NCBI GenBank assembly: GCA_965204735.1
Contig: OZ242008.1
Location: 2,976,001 to 3,040,000, forward strand
Reading direction: 5' to 3'
DNA from: Longimicrobiales bacterium
Lineage (GTDB): Bacteria > Gemmatimonadota > Gemmatimonadetes > Longimicrobiales > Gaopeijiaceae
Length of the DNA: 64,000 bases
A model generated the notes under the pieces. The model worked only from the letters and a program-made list of their open reading frames with translations. It was not told the origin of the DNA and did not search any database. Position 1 is the stretch's first letter; every line of letters starts with the position of its first letter. The position numbers and the translations under genes are program-made. This document shows, one piece after another, positions 1-10,214 of the stretch.

Positions 1-3000
1 CCCGCAGCGCCACCGCCGCGCCCCACTCCTTGAAGTTCCGGTCCTGGTGGATCAGCAGCATCCGGCCCCGGGCGTCCAGGCTCAGGCCGCTGCCCGCGTG
101 CACCAACCCGAGGTCGGCGCCCGCTTCGGCGCCCATCCCCGTCTCCGCGTCGCCACCGTCGTAGCGACCGCCCACTTCGATGCGCGTCCGCATGGCGATG
201 CTGCCGCTCGTCCACTGCCCCGCCAGCTCGGGCGCCAGCCGCACACGCTGCGCGCCAGCCGTCACCGCCGCCACGTGCACGTCCGACGCGTCCGTCATCA
301 TGCGCACCGCGAAGGCGTCGGCCTTCAGCGCCAAGCCGCCCATCAGCTTCTGGCGCACGCCCAGCGCGCCCATCCGCATCCGCAGGTCGGCGTCGTAGGT
401 CGGAGGACCCGTCTCGCCGACGTTGGCGGCGCCCCGGCCCGCGCCGGCCAAGCCCCAGACGCCGAAGCCGCCCTGGGACGACCAGCTCGCGTAGGGGTAG
501 AGGCTGGTCAGGTGGGCCTTCGTCTTGCCCACGCCGTTGATCCCGCTCTCGTAGTTCGCCGCTACGTCGCTGCGCGAGCCGGCCAAGCCCATCAGGAAGC
601 CCGAGCCGAAGCGGTAGTCCAGGCCCATGTACGCCGAGCGGGTGCGGCCGTCCATGGCGAAGTCGTCTTCGGGGCGGCCCTCGAACTCGCCCACGTTGGC
701 CTGGCCCCACAGCGTCCAGCCCGTCTGGGAGGCCGTCTGCGCCGGGGATGCGCCGGGCGAGCGGCTGGCGGCGTCGGTGCTGGCGTTGGCACCGGCGTTG
801 CCCTGCTCGCCACCCGAGTCGCCGCCGAAGGAGAGCTGGAACGAGCTCCGGGAGCGGAGGTCGCGGCCCGTCAGGGGACTGAAGGCGACGCCGCCGCGGG
901 TGCGCTCGGCGCGGCCCGCGTCCTCTTCCCGCTGGCCCTGGTACGAGCCGCCCAGGCCGAGGGCACCGCCCCCAGCGCCCAAGCCCGCTCCGCCGTCGCC
1001 GAAGAGGATGGTGGCCAAGTCCAGCGTTCCGCCCGGGATGCCGCCAAGTCCCGAACCGGCGGCGCCCGGATGCGTGATCTGGAGCCCCAGCAGCCCCGTT
1101 GCGTTCCGCACGAGCGACTCGAGCCCGCAACGGCCGCCCAAAACGCCCCCGCCCAAGCCCGCGCCCCCTTCGTCCGGGCCAGCGTGGGCCGAGGCCGTGC
1201 TGGTCTGGTCCAACTGGCCCTCCGCACCGCCTTGGCCCATGTCCGCGCCGCTAGCACTAGCCGCACCTCCAGCGTCGGACGCGTGGGCCGAGGCCGTGCC
1301 GCTGGACACACCGCCCGAGCCACGGCCGCCGTCGAACGCGACGCAGCTCAGCGAGCGCCCGCCCAGCTGCATGTGCGAGCGGCCCGGCGGACCCGACGAC
1401 TCCAACCCCAACCGACCGCCGATCGCGTCCACCGTCTCCGTCCCCAGAGACCGTCCGAACGCCGCCAGCGTCAGCTTCAGCGCCCGCGCCCGATCCGCAC
1501 GCGACGCCGACACCGTCACGCTCGCCTGCTGCGTCGCCGTCAGCCCGCCCGCGTCCGTCGCCGTCACCGTCACCACCGCCGCGCCGATCTCCCGCGGCGC
1601 CACCGACAGCCGCCCCGCGCCCGACACCGACGCGGCCGCCACGCTCGGCGACGACGACACCACCACGTAGCTCAGCGCGTCGCCGTCCGGGTCCCGGAAG
1701 TACTCGCCCAGACCCACCTCCCACGGCGCGCCGCCCACCTCCAGCACCGGCGGCGACAGCGAACCCACCGCCTCCGGCCCCTCGTTCACGTCCAGCAGCG
1801 TCACCATGACCGCCGCCTCGGCCGTCAGACCGCCGCCGTCGGTCACACGCACCGCCAGCGCGAACTCCGGTGGACCATCCTCGTAGTCCTCGCCGGCGCC
1901 CACGTAGCGCACCTGTCCGCTCGCACCGTCCACCTGGAACCGACCCGCGTCGCCCTGCGCCAAGCTGTACGTCAGCGCGTCGTCGCGGTCCGGGTCCGTC
2001 GCCTCGACCCGTCCCAGCTCCCGAGGCCCGCGCACGTTCTCCGCCAGCTCGAACGCATATGCAGAGTCCACGAACGCCGGCGCCTCGTTCACGTCCAGCA
2101 GCAGCACCCTCACCTTCGCCACCGCCGCCAACCCCCCACGGTCCGTCGCCACCACCTCGAACTCCCAGCCCTCAGGACCTGTCTCCGCGTCCTCGCCCGT
2201 GCCCACGTACCGCACCACCCCGCTCGACTCGCCCACGTCGAACAGTACCGCGCGCGCGCCGCTCACGCTGTAGACGAGAGTATCGCCCGCGTCCACGTCC
2301 GTCGCCTCGACCGCGCCCAGCTCCACCGGGCCCGCCACGTGCTCCGCCAGCTCCCACTCCCAAATCGACTCCACGAACACCGGGCCCTCGTTCTGGTCCT
2401 CGATCGTCACCACCACTCGCGTCCGCGCTGCCAGGCCGCCTCGGTCTGTCGCCGTCATCTCCAGCTCCCAGCTGCCCGGGCCCGTCTCCGCGTCCTCGCC
2501 TGCGCCCACGTACTGCACCGCACCGCTCGTCGCGTTCACCTTGAACCGCTCGGCGTCGCCTGCCGCCAGCGCATACGACAGCCAGTCGCCGCCGTCCGGG
2601 TCCGTCGCCCGAACCGCGCCCAGCAGCAGCGGACCGCGAGCGTTCTCCGCCAGATCGAAGGCGTACGCAGAGTCGGCGAACGCTGGTCCCTCGTTCACGT
2701 TTGTCAGCGCCACCGCCACTACCGCCTTGGCGCTCGAACCCGCCAGGTCCGTCGCCGTCACCTCCAGCTCCCACGACTTCGGTCCCGCGCCCTCGTAGTC
2801 CTCGCCCGAGCCCACGTACCGCACCGCGCCCGTCGCGCCGTCCACCTCGAAGCGATCGGCGTCGCCCGCCGCCAGCCGGTACGTCAGCGTGTCGCCCTCG
2901 TCCAGGTCCACCGCCTCCGCCACGCCCAGCGCCAGCGGCCCGGCAGCGTTCTCCGCCATGGCGAAGGCGTAGCGCTCGGCCGTGAACACCGGCGCGTCGT

Positions 3001-6000
3001 TCACGTTCACCAGCCGCACCGTCACCGTCGCGTCGCCCGTCCGCTCTCCGTCGTCGGCCGTCGCGCGCACGATCATCACGAACTCCGAACGCGACTCCGC
3101 GTCCTCGCCCGTCCCCACGTACCGCACCTCGCCGGTGCGCGCGTCCACCTCGAAGAGACCCTCGTCGCCCGCCGCCAGAGAGTACGTCACCTCGCCGCCG
3201 AAGGGGTCCGTCGCGCTCACCGTCCCCACCACCACCGGCCCCGCCACATCCTCCGTCAGCTCGAACTCGTACTCCGCGCGACCGAACACCGGGTCCGTGC
3301 CACCCGCCCCGTTCACCTGGTGCTCCTCCAGGTTCTCCATCGCAAGCTCGCCCAGGTCCAGCGCCGCCGCCGTCGTGCCGCCCGCGATCCGCAGCGCAGC
3401 GCCGCCCGTCGCAGTCAGCGCGTCGGCCGGGATGCTGATCCCGTCCTCGTCCCGGTCCGCAGGCTGAACCACGTACTCGAACACCACCGCCGGCGTGCCA
3501 GAACCCGACACGTAGCTCGCCTGACGCACCGCCGTCCCGATCTCGATCGCCAGCTGCGGCGCGCCCACCACCTCCACCGGACGGCTGAACGTCACCGTCA
3601 CACGGATCACGCCGCCGGGACCGTACAGCCCGCTCGCCCCCGGCGTGCTCGTCACCGCCATCCCCATCACCGCCGGAACCGCCTCCGCCGTGCCGTCCAC
3701 CTTGTCGTTCGCTGCCGCCGCGATTGCGTGGCTGCCCAACGCCAGAACCGCCGGACGAACCCCGTCCGCCGTGTTCACGATCGTCGCGCCGTTCAGCGTC
3801 AGCGCCGCAGCTGCCACGCCCACGCCGTCCGCGTCAGCGTCCACGCCGCCCGTCCCGCTCCCGCCACTGCCCGCGCCCTGCACGCGGTACGCGAACGACA
3901 GCGTCGCCGTGCCGCTGCCGCCGACGTAGCTCGCCTGCCGCGTCGTCGTGCCCACCGTCAGCGCCAGCTGCGGCGCGCCCGTCACCGTCACCGCACGGTC
4001 GAACGTCACCTGCACCTCGATCCGCTCGCCCAGGCCGTAGGTGTCGCCGCTCTCCGGCGTGCTCGACACTGCGACGCCCGTCACCGACGCGCCCGCCAGC
4101 GTACCGTCCACCTTGTGGCCGGCAGCAGTGCTCAACGCATGGCTGCCCAGTCCCAGAGCCGCCGCAGTCGTGCCGTCGCGGGCGTCGTTGAGCGTCCCGC
4201 TGTTCAGCGCCAGCGCGCTCGCGCCCACCTCGATCCCGTCCGCGTCCGCGTCCGCAGCCACCACCGTGTAGTGGAACGTCAGCGTGTACGTGCCCGTCCC
4301 GCTCGCGTAGTCCGCCTGCCGCGTCTGCGCGCCCACCGTCAGCGCCACCTGGGGCGTGCCCGTCACGCTCACGCGACGGTTGAACGTCACCTGAACCTCG
4401 ATCTGCTCGCCCCGACCGTACGTCGTCGCCACCGCAGGCGAACTCGTCAGCGACACGCCCGACACCGACGCCGCCGTGAACGTCCCGCCCGCGACCTTGT
4501 GGCCCGCGCTGTTCGTCACCGCGTGGGCGCCCAGCCCCAGAACGGCGTCCACCGCCCCGCCCGCCACGTCGATCATTCCGCCGCTCAGCGCCAACGCGCT
4601 CGCGCCGATGCTCAACCCGTCCGCGTCCACGTCCGCCGTCACCACCACGTACCGGAACACCAACGACGCCGTGCCCGTCCCCGATGCGTAACCCGCCTGC
4701 CGGGTCTGCATCCCGATCGTCAGCGCCAGCTGCGGCGTGCCCGTCACGTCCACTCCCTTGTTGAACGTCACCGTCGCTACCACCGTGTCGCCACGCTCGA
4801 ACGTGTCGCCGATCGGCGGCGACGCGACCGACACCCCGCTCACCCCCGGCGGGCCCTGGGCACCGTCCACACGGTGGCCCGTGCTGTTCGATATCGCGTG
4901 GCTACCCAGCCCCAGGCTCGCAGCCGTCGAACCGTCGCGCGCGTCCGAGATCGTCCCGCCGTTCAGCGCCAGCGCGCTCGCGCCGATGCTGATCCCATCG
5001 GTGTCCGCGTCCGCAGCCGCCACCGTGTAGCGGAACGTCAGCACGCGCCCGCCCGCCGCCACGCTCGTCGCCGAATCGTACGCCGCCTGCCGCGTCTGGC
5101 TCCCGATTGTCAGCGCCAGCTGGGGCGCGCCCGTCACCGTCACGTTGCGGTCGAACGTCACCTCCACCTCAATCTCCTCGCTCAACCCGTACGTGCTCGC
5201 GCCCGCCGGGCTGCTCGTAATCGACACGCCGCTCACCGCCGCCGCCGTGAACGTCCCGCCCGCAACTCGCAACGCGCCGTCATTGCTGATCGCGTGATGC
5301 GCCAAGCTCAGCAAGGCGTCCGTCGTCCCCCCCGCCACGTCGATCGTACCCCCGTTCAGCGCCAGCGCGCTCGCACCCACGCTCAAGCCGTCGGTGTCCG
5401 TGTCCGCCGTCACCACTACGTACCGGAACACCAGCGCCGCCGTCCCCGTCCCCGATGCGTAGCCCGCCTGCCGCGTCTGCCCGCCGATCCCCAGCGCCAG
5501 CTGCGGCGTCCCCGTCACGTCCACCGCCTTGTTGAAGGTCACCGTCGCAACCACCGTGTCGCCGCGCTCGAACGTACCGCCCGGCGGCGCCGTCACCGAC
5601 AAGCCCGCGACCCCCGGCGGCCCCTGGCTGCCGTCCACCTTGTGCGCCGCAGCGTTCGCCACCGCGTTCGACCCCAAGCTCAACGCTGCAGCAGCAGCGC
5701 CCGGACGCACGTCCGCAATCGACCCGCCGTTCAGCGTCAACGCGCTCGCACCTATGCTGATCCCGACCGTGTCCGCGTCCGCCGGACGGACCGCGTACCC
5801 GAACACCAGCGTGTCCACCTTGCTCAAAGCCGAATCGTAGCTCGCTTGCCGCGTCTGCGTCCCGATCGTCAGCGCCAGCCGCGGCGTGCCCGTCACCGCC
5901 ACCGGACGGCTGAACGCCACCTTCACTTCGATCTGCTCGCTCAGCTTGTACGTGCTGTCCGCCGCAGGCGCGCTCGAGATCGTCACCGCGCTCACCGCCG

Positions 6001-9000
6001 GCGTCGTGAACGTCCCGCCCGCAACCTTGTGCCCCGTGCTGTTCGTCACCGCGCTCGCGCCCAGCCCCAGCACAGCGTCCAACGTCCCGCCCGCAACCTT
6101 GATCGTCCCGCCGTTCAGTGCCAACGCGCTCGCCCCGATGCTCAACCCGTCCGCGTCCGCGTCGCCGCTCGCCACCACGTACCGGAACACCAACGTGTCC
6201 GTGCCCGTCCCGCTCGCGTAGCTCGCCTGCCGGGTCGCGCTCCCGATCGTCAGCGCCAGCTGCGGCGTCCCCGTCACGTCCACCGCCGGCGTGAACGCCA
6301 ACGCCACCTCGATCGTCTCGCCCCGCTCGAAGGTGTCGCCCACCGTCGGAGAACTGATCGACACCGCCGTCACCCCCGGCGGACCAATGCTGCCGTCCAC
6401 CTTGTGCAAAGCAGCGTTCGCAACCGCACTCGAACCCAGACCCAAGCTCGCCGCCGCCGTGCCGCCCGCGAGCACGATCGCACCCCCGTTCAGCGCCAAA
6501 GCGCTCGCGCCGATGCTGATCCCGTCCGAATCGCTGTTCGCCGTCACCACCACGTAGCGGAACGTCAGCGTCTGCGTCCCCGAACCGCTCGCGTAGCTCG
6601 CCTGCACAGTGTCGCTGCCGATCTCCAGCGCCAGCTGCGGCGTCCCCGTCACCGCCACCGAACGCTCGAACTCCACCTCCACCTCGATCGCCTCCGTCCG
6701 TCCGTACGTCGAGTCGGCGCCCGCGTCGCTCGATATCGTCACCCCGCTCACCCCCGGCGCCACCTCCTTCGTGCCGTCCACCTGGAACGCCGCCGCGTCC
6801 GCAAAGCTCCACGGCGTCAAAGTCAGCCGCGCGTCCGTCGTCGTGCCCGTCCCACGGATCGTCGCACCGCCCGGCAGCGTCAGCGCGTTCGCCCCGATGC
6901 TGATCCCCGTCGAGTCGCTGTCCGCCCCAACCACCGTGTAGCAGAACACCAAGATGGTACCGCCCCCTGTCGTGCCGCACTGCGCAGCGCTCCGCGTCTG
7001 CGTCCCGATCCCCAGCGCCAGACTCGGCGTCCCCGTCACCGTCACGCCCGTGTTGAACCCGACGCCCACGCGTATCGGGTCGCCGAGACCGTACACGCTG
7101 TCCGTGCTCGCGTAGCTGATCCCGCCGAGCGTCGCCGACAGGAAGAACGCGCTCGTCACGTACGGCACGTCGCCCGCCACCTTGTGCGCCCCGGCGTTCG
7201 AGAACACGTGCGAGCCCAACGCCAAGTCCGCCGCGTCCGACCACAGCCGACCGTCCGCGATCGTGTCCGACGCGCTCACCGCCAGCGCGCCCGCCCCCAC
7301 GCTGATCCCGTCCGCGTCCGCGTCCGTCGCCTGAACCACGTACCGGAACGTCACCCGCGTGAACGTCGCGTCCCTGCGGTTGTACTCCGCCTGGCGCGTC
7401 GAGTCGCCGACCGCCAAAGCCAGACGCGGCGTCCCCGCCACGTACACGCCCCGCACGAACTCCACCTCCACCTCGATCGCCTCGCCCCCCAAGTACGTGT
7501 CGCCCACCGCCGGAGTGCTCGTTATCCTCACGCCCTTCACCACCGGCGTCGTCCGCGTGTTGCCCGCAACCTTGTGCGCCGCGCTGTTCGAAATCGCGTG
7601 AATGCCCAGCCCCAACACCGCGTCCGTCGTCGTCCCCATCCGCCGAATCGTCGACCCGGACGGAGTCTCCAAAGCGTTCGCCCCGATGCTGATCCCGTCC
7701 GCGTCCGCGTTCGTCTGGAACACCGTGTACTCGAACTCCAGCGACGTCGTGCCCGAACCCCTCCGGTACCACGCGTTACGCAAGCTCGACCCGAGCCCGA
7801 CACGCACCCGCGGCGTGCCCGTCACCGTCACCGCAACGGTGAACTCAACCGTCACGACCACCGCGTCGCTCAACTCGAACGTGCTGTCCGTCGGCGCATC
7901 GTTGAGCGACACGCCCGTCACCCGCGGCGGACCCGTGCTGCCGTCCACCTTGTGCGCCGCCGCGTTCGTGATCGCGTGGCTCCCCAAACCCAGGCTCGCG
8001 GGCGTCGCGCCCGGACGCACGTCGTTGATCGACCCGCCGTTCAGCGTCAAGGCGCTCGCGCCGATGCCGATTCCAACCGTGTCCGCGTCGGCAACACCGA
8101 CCGAGTACACGAACACCAGCGTGTCCGCCTTGCTCGTCGCCGACCAATACCTCGCCTGCCGCGTCGCGCTCCCGATCGTCAAAGCCAGCTGTGGCGAGCC
8201 CGTCACCGCGACCGGCCGCGAAAACGCCACCTTCACCTCGATCAACTCCGCCCCCCCGTACGTGCTGTCGCTCGCCGGCGTGCTCGATATCGTCACCGCG
8301 CTCACCGCCGGCGTCGTGGCCGTGCCCGTCACCTTGTGGCTCCCGCTGTTCGTCACCACCACGCTCGCGCCCAGCCCCAGCGTCGCGTCCGCCGTCCGGC
8401 CGGCCGTCTTGATCGTCCCGCCGTTCAGCGTCAACGCGCTCGCGCCGATGCTCAAGCCGTCCGCGTCCGCGTCGCCGCTCGCCACCACGTACCGGAACAT
8501 CAGCGTGTCCGTCCCCGTCCCGCTCGCGTAGCTCGCCTGCCGCGTCGCGCTCCCAATCCCCAGCGCCAGACGCGGTGTGCCGGTCACGTCAACCGCGCGG
8601 TTGAACACCAAACGAACCTCGATCGTCTCGCCCGGCTCAAAGGTATCGCCCACCGTGGGCGAGCTGATTGCTATATCCGTCACCTCCGGCCCCAGGCCGC
8701 CGTTCACCTTGTGCGCCGCCGCATCCGTGACGGCGTGCGAACCCAGCCCCAAGTTCGCCGCCACCGAAGCGTCCCGAGCGTCGTTGATCGTCCCGCCGTT
8801 CAGCCCCAGCGCGCTCGCCCCGATGCTCAAGCCGTTCAAGTCCGCGTCCGCCGCCGCTGCCACGTACCGGAACACCAGCGTGTCTGTCCCCGTGCCGCTC
8901 GCGTAGGACGCCTGCCGCGCCTGCGTCCCCACCGTCAGCGCCAGCTGCGGAGTGCCCGTCACCGTCACATTATGCGTGAACGCCACGGCCACCGCGATCG

Positions 9001-10072
9001 TGTCGCCCTGCATGTACGTGTCGCCCACGACCGGACTGCTCGATATCGCCACGCCGCCCACCGACGCCGGCACGGACACCTTGTGCGCCGCCGCATTCGT
9101 GATCGCGTGCGTGCCCAGGCCGAGCGCTGCGTTCTGCGTCGTGCCCGACCGCCGGATCGTTCCGCTGTTCAGCGCCAGCGCGCTCGACCCGATGCTCAGC
9201 CCGTCCGCGTCCAGGTCCGCGGCCACCACCACGTACCGGAACACTAGCGTGTCCGTCCCCGTGCCGCTCGCGTAGGACGCCTGCCGCGTCTGCGCTCCGA
9301 CCCACAGCGCCAGCCGCGGAGCGCCCGTCACGGCCACCGCCGCGTCGAACACCACCTGTGCCGTGATGGTGTCTCCAGCGCTGTATGTGCTGTCGGCGCC
9401 TGCGCTGCTCGAAATCGCCACCCCGCTCACCGCCGGCGCCGACAACCCCAGGAGGCCGTTCACCTTGTGCGCCGCGGCATTTGTGATCGCGGTCAAAGTA
9501 CGGGTAATGTCCAGTCCTGTATTGCTATTCTCAAGATCGTTGTCCAGCGCGTTCGAGGCGATGCTGATCCCGTCCGCGTCCAGGTCCGGCGCCGCCACGT
9601 GGTACCAATACTCCAACCACCTGAACGGGAAACCACTGCGAGGCGGTCTTCCCCCTGGGCAAGAAGTCCCAGCACAGGCCTTTCTGGTCGTTGTCCCGAT
9701 CGTCAGACTCAACTCCGATTCATTGTCGTTGAAGCTCCAGTCGACGCCGACGCTGAACCACAGTCTTACCTTGATGGTGTCGCCGAACCCGTACGTGTTG
9801 TCCGCCCCCGCCGAGCTGACGATCTTCAGGCTGTCTACCTGACCCTGGGCGCTCAGCGAGGTCGGCGTCGAGGTCCCGAACACCGCCAGCAGGCCGAAGG
9901 CCGCCAGCGTTGTTCTCGCTACCGACATTCGCACCAGCTGGCTGTGCCGGCCCATCCGGTCGCGCCAGCGCGGGAGGCGCCGACTACTCGGCGCGCAGCG
10001 GCCTCGGGCGGAGGTGTCGAAGGAGAAAGGGGGGGGGGGGGGGGGGGGCAATATATGGGTGTAACGGGTCAT
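1..10072 (-). CDS. Giant autotransporter adhesin (3' end outside window): signal peptide, ~17 Ig-like repeats, 5 cadherin repeats, Ig-like domain, C-terminal autotransporter beta-barrel region
   Basis: The minus frame reads the same at both ends and no ORF-track entry terminates in it, so it is open from ATG 10072 to the edge. Signal-like MSVARTTLAAFGLLAVFGTSTPTSLSAQ (alternative starts 9955/9928); cadherin motifs (ATDPD, DVNEAP); barrel-like end LLIHQDRNFKEWGAAVALR. Confidence 0.88.
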   Translation of the reverse strand, partial: MTRYTHILPPPPPPPFSFDTSARGRCAPSSRRLPRWRDRMGRHSQLVRMSVARTTLAAFGLLAVFGTSTPTSLSAQGQVDSLKIVSSAGADNTYGFGDTIKVRLWFSVGVDWSFNDNESELSLTIGTTTRKACAGTSCPGGRPPRSGFPFRWLEYWYHVAAPDLDADGISIASNALDNDLENSNTGLDITRTLTAITNAAAHKVNGLLGLSAPAVSGVAISSSAGADSTYSAGDTITAQVVFDAAVAVTGAPRLALWVGAQTRQASYASGTGTDTLVFRYVVVAADLDADGLSIGSSALALNSGTIRRSGTTQNAALGLGTHAITNAAAHKVSVPASVGGVAISSSPVVGDTYMQGDTIAVAVAFTHNVTVTGTPQLALTVGTQARQASYASGTGTDTLVFRYVAAAADADLNGLSIGASALGLNGGTINDARDASVAANLGLGSHAVTDAAAHKVNGGLGPEVTDIAISSPTVGDTFEPGETIEVRLVFNRAVDVTGTPRLALGIGSATRQASYASGTGTDTLMFRYVVASGDADADGLSIGASALTLNGGTIKTAGRTADATLGLGASVVVTNSGSHKVTGTATTPAVSAVTISSTPASDSTYGGAELIEVKVAFSRPVAVTGSPQLALTIGSATRQARYWSATSKADTLVFVYSVGVADADTVGIGIGASALTLNGGSINDVRPGATPASLGLGSHAITNAAAHKVDGSTGPPRVTGVSLNDAPTDSTFELSDAVVVTVEFTVAVTVTGTPRVRVGLGSSLRNAWYRRGSGTTSLEFEYTVFQTNADADGISIGANALETPSGSTIRRMGTTTDAVLGLGIHAISNSAAHKVAGNTRTTPVVKGVRITSTPAVGDTYLGGEAIEVEVEFVRGVYVAGTPRLALAVGDSTRQAEYNRRDATFTRVTFRYVVQATDADADGISVGAGALAVSASDTIADGRLWSDAADLALGSHVFSNAGAHKVAGDVPYVTSAFFLSATLGGISYASTDSVYGLGDPIRVGVGFNTGVTVTGTPSLALGIGTQTRSAAQCGTTGGGTILVFCYTVVGADSDSTGISIGANALTLPGGATIRGTGTTTDARLTLTPWSFADAAAFQVDGTKEVAPGVSGVTISSDAGADSTYGRTEAIEVEVEFERSVAVTGTPQLALEIGSDTVQASYASGSGTQTLTFRYVVVTANSDSDGISIGASALALNGGAIVLAGGTAAASLGLGSSAVANAALHKVDGSIGPPGVTAVSISSPTVGDTFERGETIEVALAFTPAVDVTGTPQLALTIGSATRQASYASGTGTDTLVFRYVVASGDADADGLSIGASALALNGGTIKVAGGTLDAVLGLGASAVTNSTGHKVAGGTFTTPAVSAVTISSAPAADSTYKLSEQIEVKVAFSRPVAVTGTPRLALTIGTQTRQASYDSALSKVDTLVFGYAVRPADADTVGISIGASALTLNGGSIADVRPGAAAAALSLGSNAVANAAAHKVDGSQGPPGVAGLSVTAPPGGTFERGDTVVATVTFNKAVDVTGTPQLALGIGGQTRQAGYASGTGTAALVFRYVVVTADTDTDGLSVGASALALNGGTIDVAGGTTDALLSLAHHAISNDGALRVAGGTFTAAAVSGVSITSSPAGASTYGLSEEIEVEVTFDRNVTVTGAPQLALTIGSQTRQAAYDSATSVAAGGRVLTFRYTVAAADADTDGISIGASALALNGGTISDARDGSTAASLGLGSHAISNSTGHRVDGAQGPPGVSGVSVASPPIGDTFERGDTVVATVTFNKGVDVTGTPQLALTIGMQTRQAGYASGTGTASLVFRYVVVTADVDADGLSIGASALALSGGMIDVAGGAVDAVLGLGAHAVTNSAGHKVAGGTFTAASVSGVSLTSSPAVATTYGRGEQIEVQVTFNRRVSVTGTPQVALTVGAQTRQADYASGTGTYTLTFHYTVVAADADADGIEVGASALALNSGTLNDARDGTTAAALGLGSHALSTAAGHKVDGTLAGASVTGVAVSSTPESGDTYGLGERIEVQVTFDRAVTVTGAPQLALTVGTTTRQASYVGGSGTATLSFAYRVQGAGSGGSGTGGVDADADGVGVAAAALTLNGATIVNTADGVRPAVLALGSHAIAAAANDKVDGTAEAVPAVMGMAVTSTPGASGLYGPGGVIRVTVTFSRPVEVVGAPQLAIEIGTAVRQASYVSGSGTPAVVFEYVVQPADRDEDGISIPADALTATGGAALRIAGGTTAAALDLGELAMENLEEHQVNGAGGTDPVFGRAEYEFELTEDVAGPVVVGTVSATDPFGGEVTYSLAAGDEGLFEVDARTGEVRYVGTGEDAESRSEFVMIVRATADDGERTGDATVTVRLVNVNDAPVFTAERYAFAMAENAAGPLALGVAEAVDLDEGDTLTYRLAAGDADRFEVDGATGAVRYVGSGEDYEGAGPKSWELEVTATDLAGSSAKAVVAVALTNVNEGPAFADSAYAFDLAENARGPLLLGAVRATDPDGGDWLSYALAAGDAERFKVNATSGAVQYVGAGEDAETGPGSWELEMTATDRGGLAARTRVVVTIEDQNEGPVFVESIWEWELAEHVAGPVELGAVEATDVDAGDTLVYSVSGARAVLFDVGESSGVVRYVGTGEDAETGPEGWEFEVVATDRGGLAAVAKVRVLLLDVNEAPAFVDSAYAFELAENVRGPRELGRVEATDPDRDDALTYSLAQGDAGRFQVDGASGQVRYVGAGEDYEDGPPEFALAVRVTDGGGLTAEAAVMVTLLDVNEGPEAVGSLSPPVLEVGGAPWEVGLGEYFRDPDGDALSYVVVSSSPSVAAASVSGAGRLSVAPREIGAAVVTVTATDAGGLTATQQASVTVSASRADRARALKLTLAAFGRSLGTETVDAIGGRLGLESSGPPGRSHMQLGGRSLSCVAFDGGRGSGGVSSGTASAHASDAGGAASASGADMGQGGAEGQLDQTSTASAHAGPDEGGAGLGGGVLGGRCGLESLVRNATGLLGLQITHPGAAGSGLGGIPGGTLDLATILFGDGGAGLGAGGGALGLGGSYQGQREEDAGRAERTRGGVAFSPLTGRDLRSRSSFQLSFGGDSGGEQGNAGANASTDAASRSPGASPAQTASQTGWTLWGQANVGEFEGRPEDDFAMDGRTRSAYMGLDYRFGSGFLMGLAGSRSDVAANYESGINGVGKTKAHLTSLYPYASWSSQGGFGVWGLAGAGRGAANVGETGPPTYDADLRMRMGALGVRQKLMGGLALKADAFAVRMMTDASDVHVAAVTAGAQRVRLAPELAGQWTSGSIAMRTRIEVGGRYDGGDAETGMGAEAGADLGLVHAGSGLSLDARGRMLLIHQDRNFKEWGAAVALR
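1780..3295 (-). repeat. Five cadherin-like repeats
   Basis: PxF..Y.FxLxEN..GP...G.V.AxDxD....YSL....F.V...G.VRYVGxGED unit repeated 5 times. Confidence 0.85.
3310..9840 (-). repeat. ~17 tandem ~380-bp (~127-aa) Ig-like repeats
   Basis: Recurring VTGTPQLALTIG...QASYASGxGTDTLVFRY...DADGLSIGASALxLNGG...HKV unit every ~380 bp. Confidence 0.85.
10029..10048. repeat. G20 homopolymer (C20 on the adhesin coding strand)
   Basis: 20 consecutive G; encodes poly-Pro in frame after ATG 10072. Confidence 0.95.
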
Positions 10073-10214
10073 GACTTCGCGCCAAGGGGGCGGGGATAGT
10101 AGGGAACCGGAGCACGGCGGCGAGACCAGCAGGTCAAAGATGTCACGCCCGACAACAGGCGCGCAAGGCCTGAGGTGAAGACAGCCCTGTCATTTCGCAG
10201 GGCTTGGACACCCA

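Noticed and set aside
47..9247. 3066-aa plus-strand ORF
   Set aside because: R/H/P-rich antisense shadow, codon-aligned to the real minus-strand adhesin
10183..10204. Hairpin AGCCCTG...CAGGGCT after purA
   Set aside because: No U-tract; cannot be supported as an intrinsic terminator
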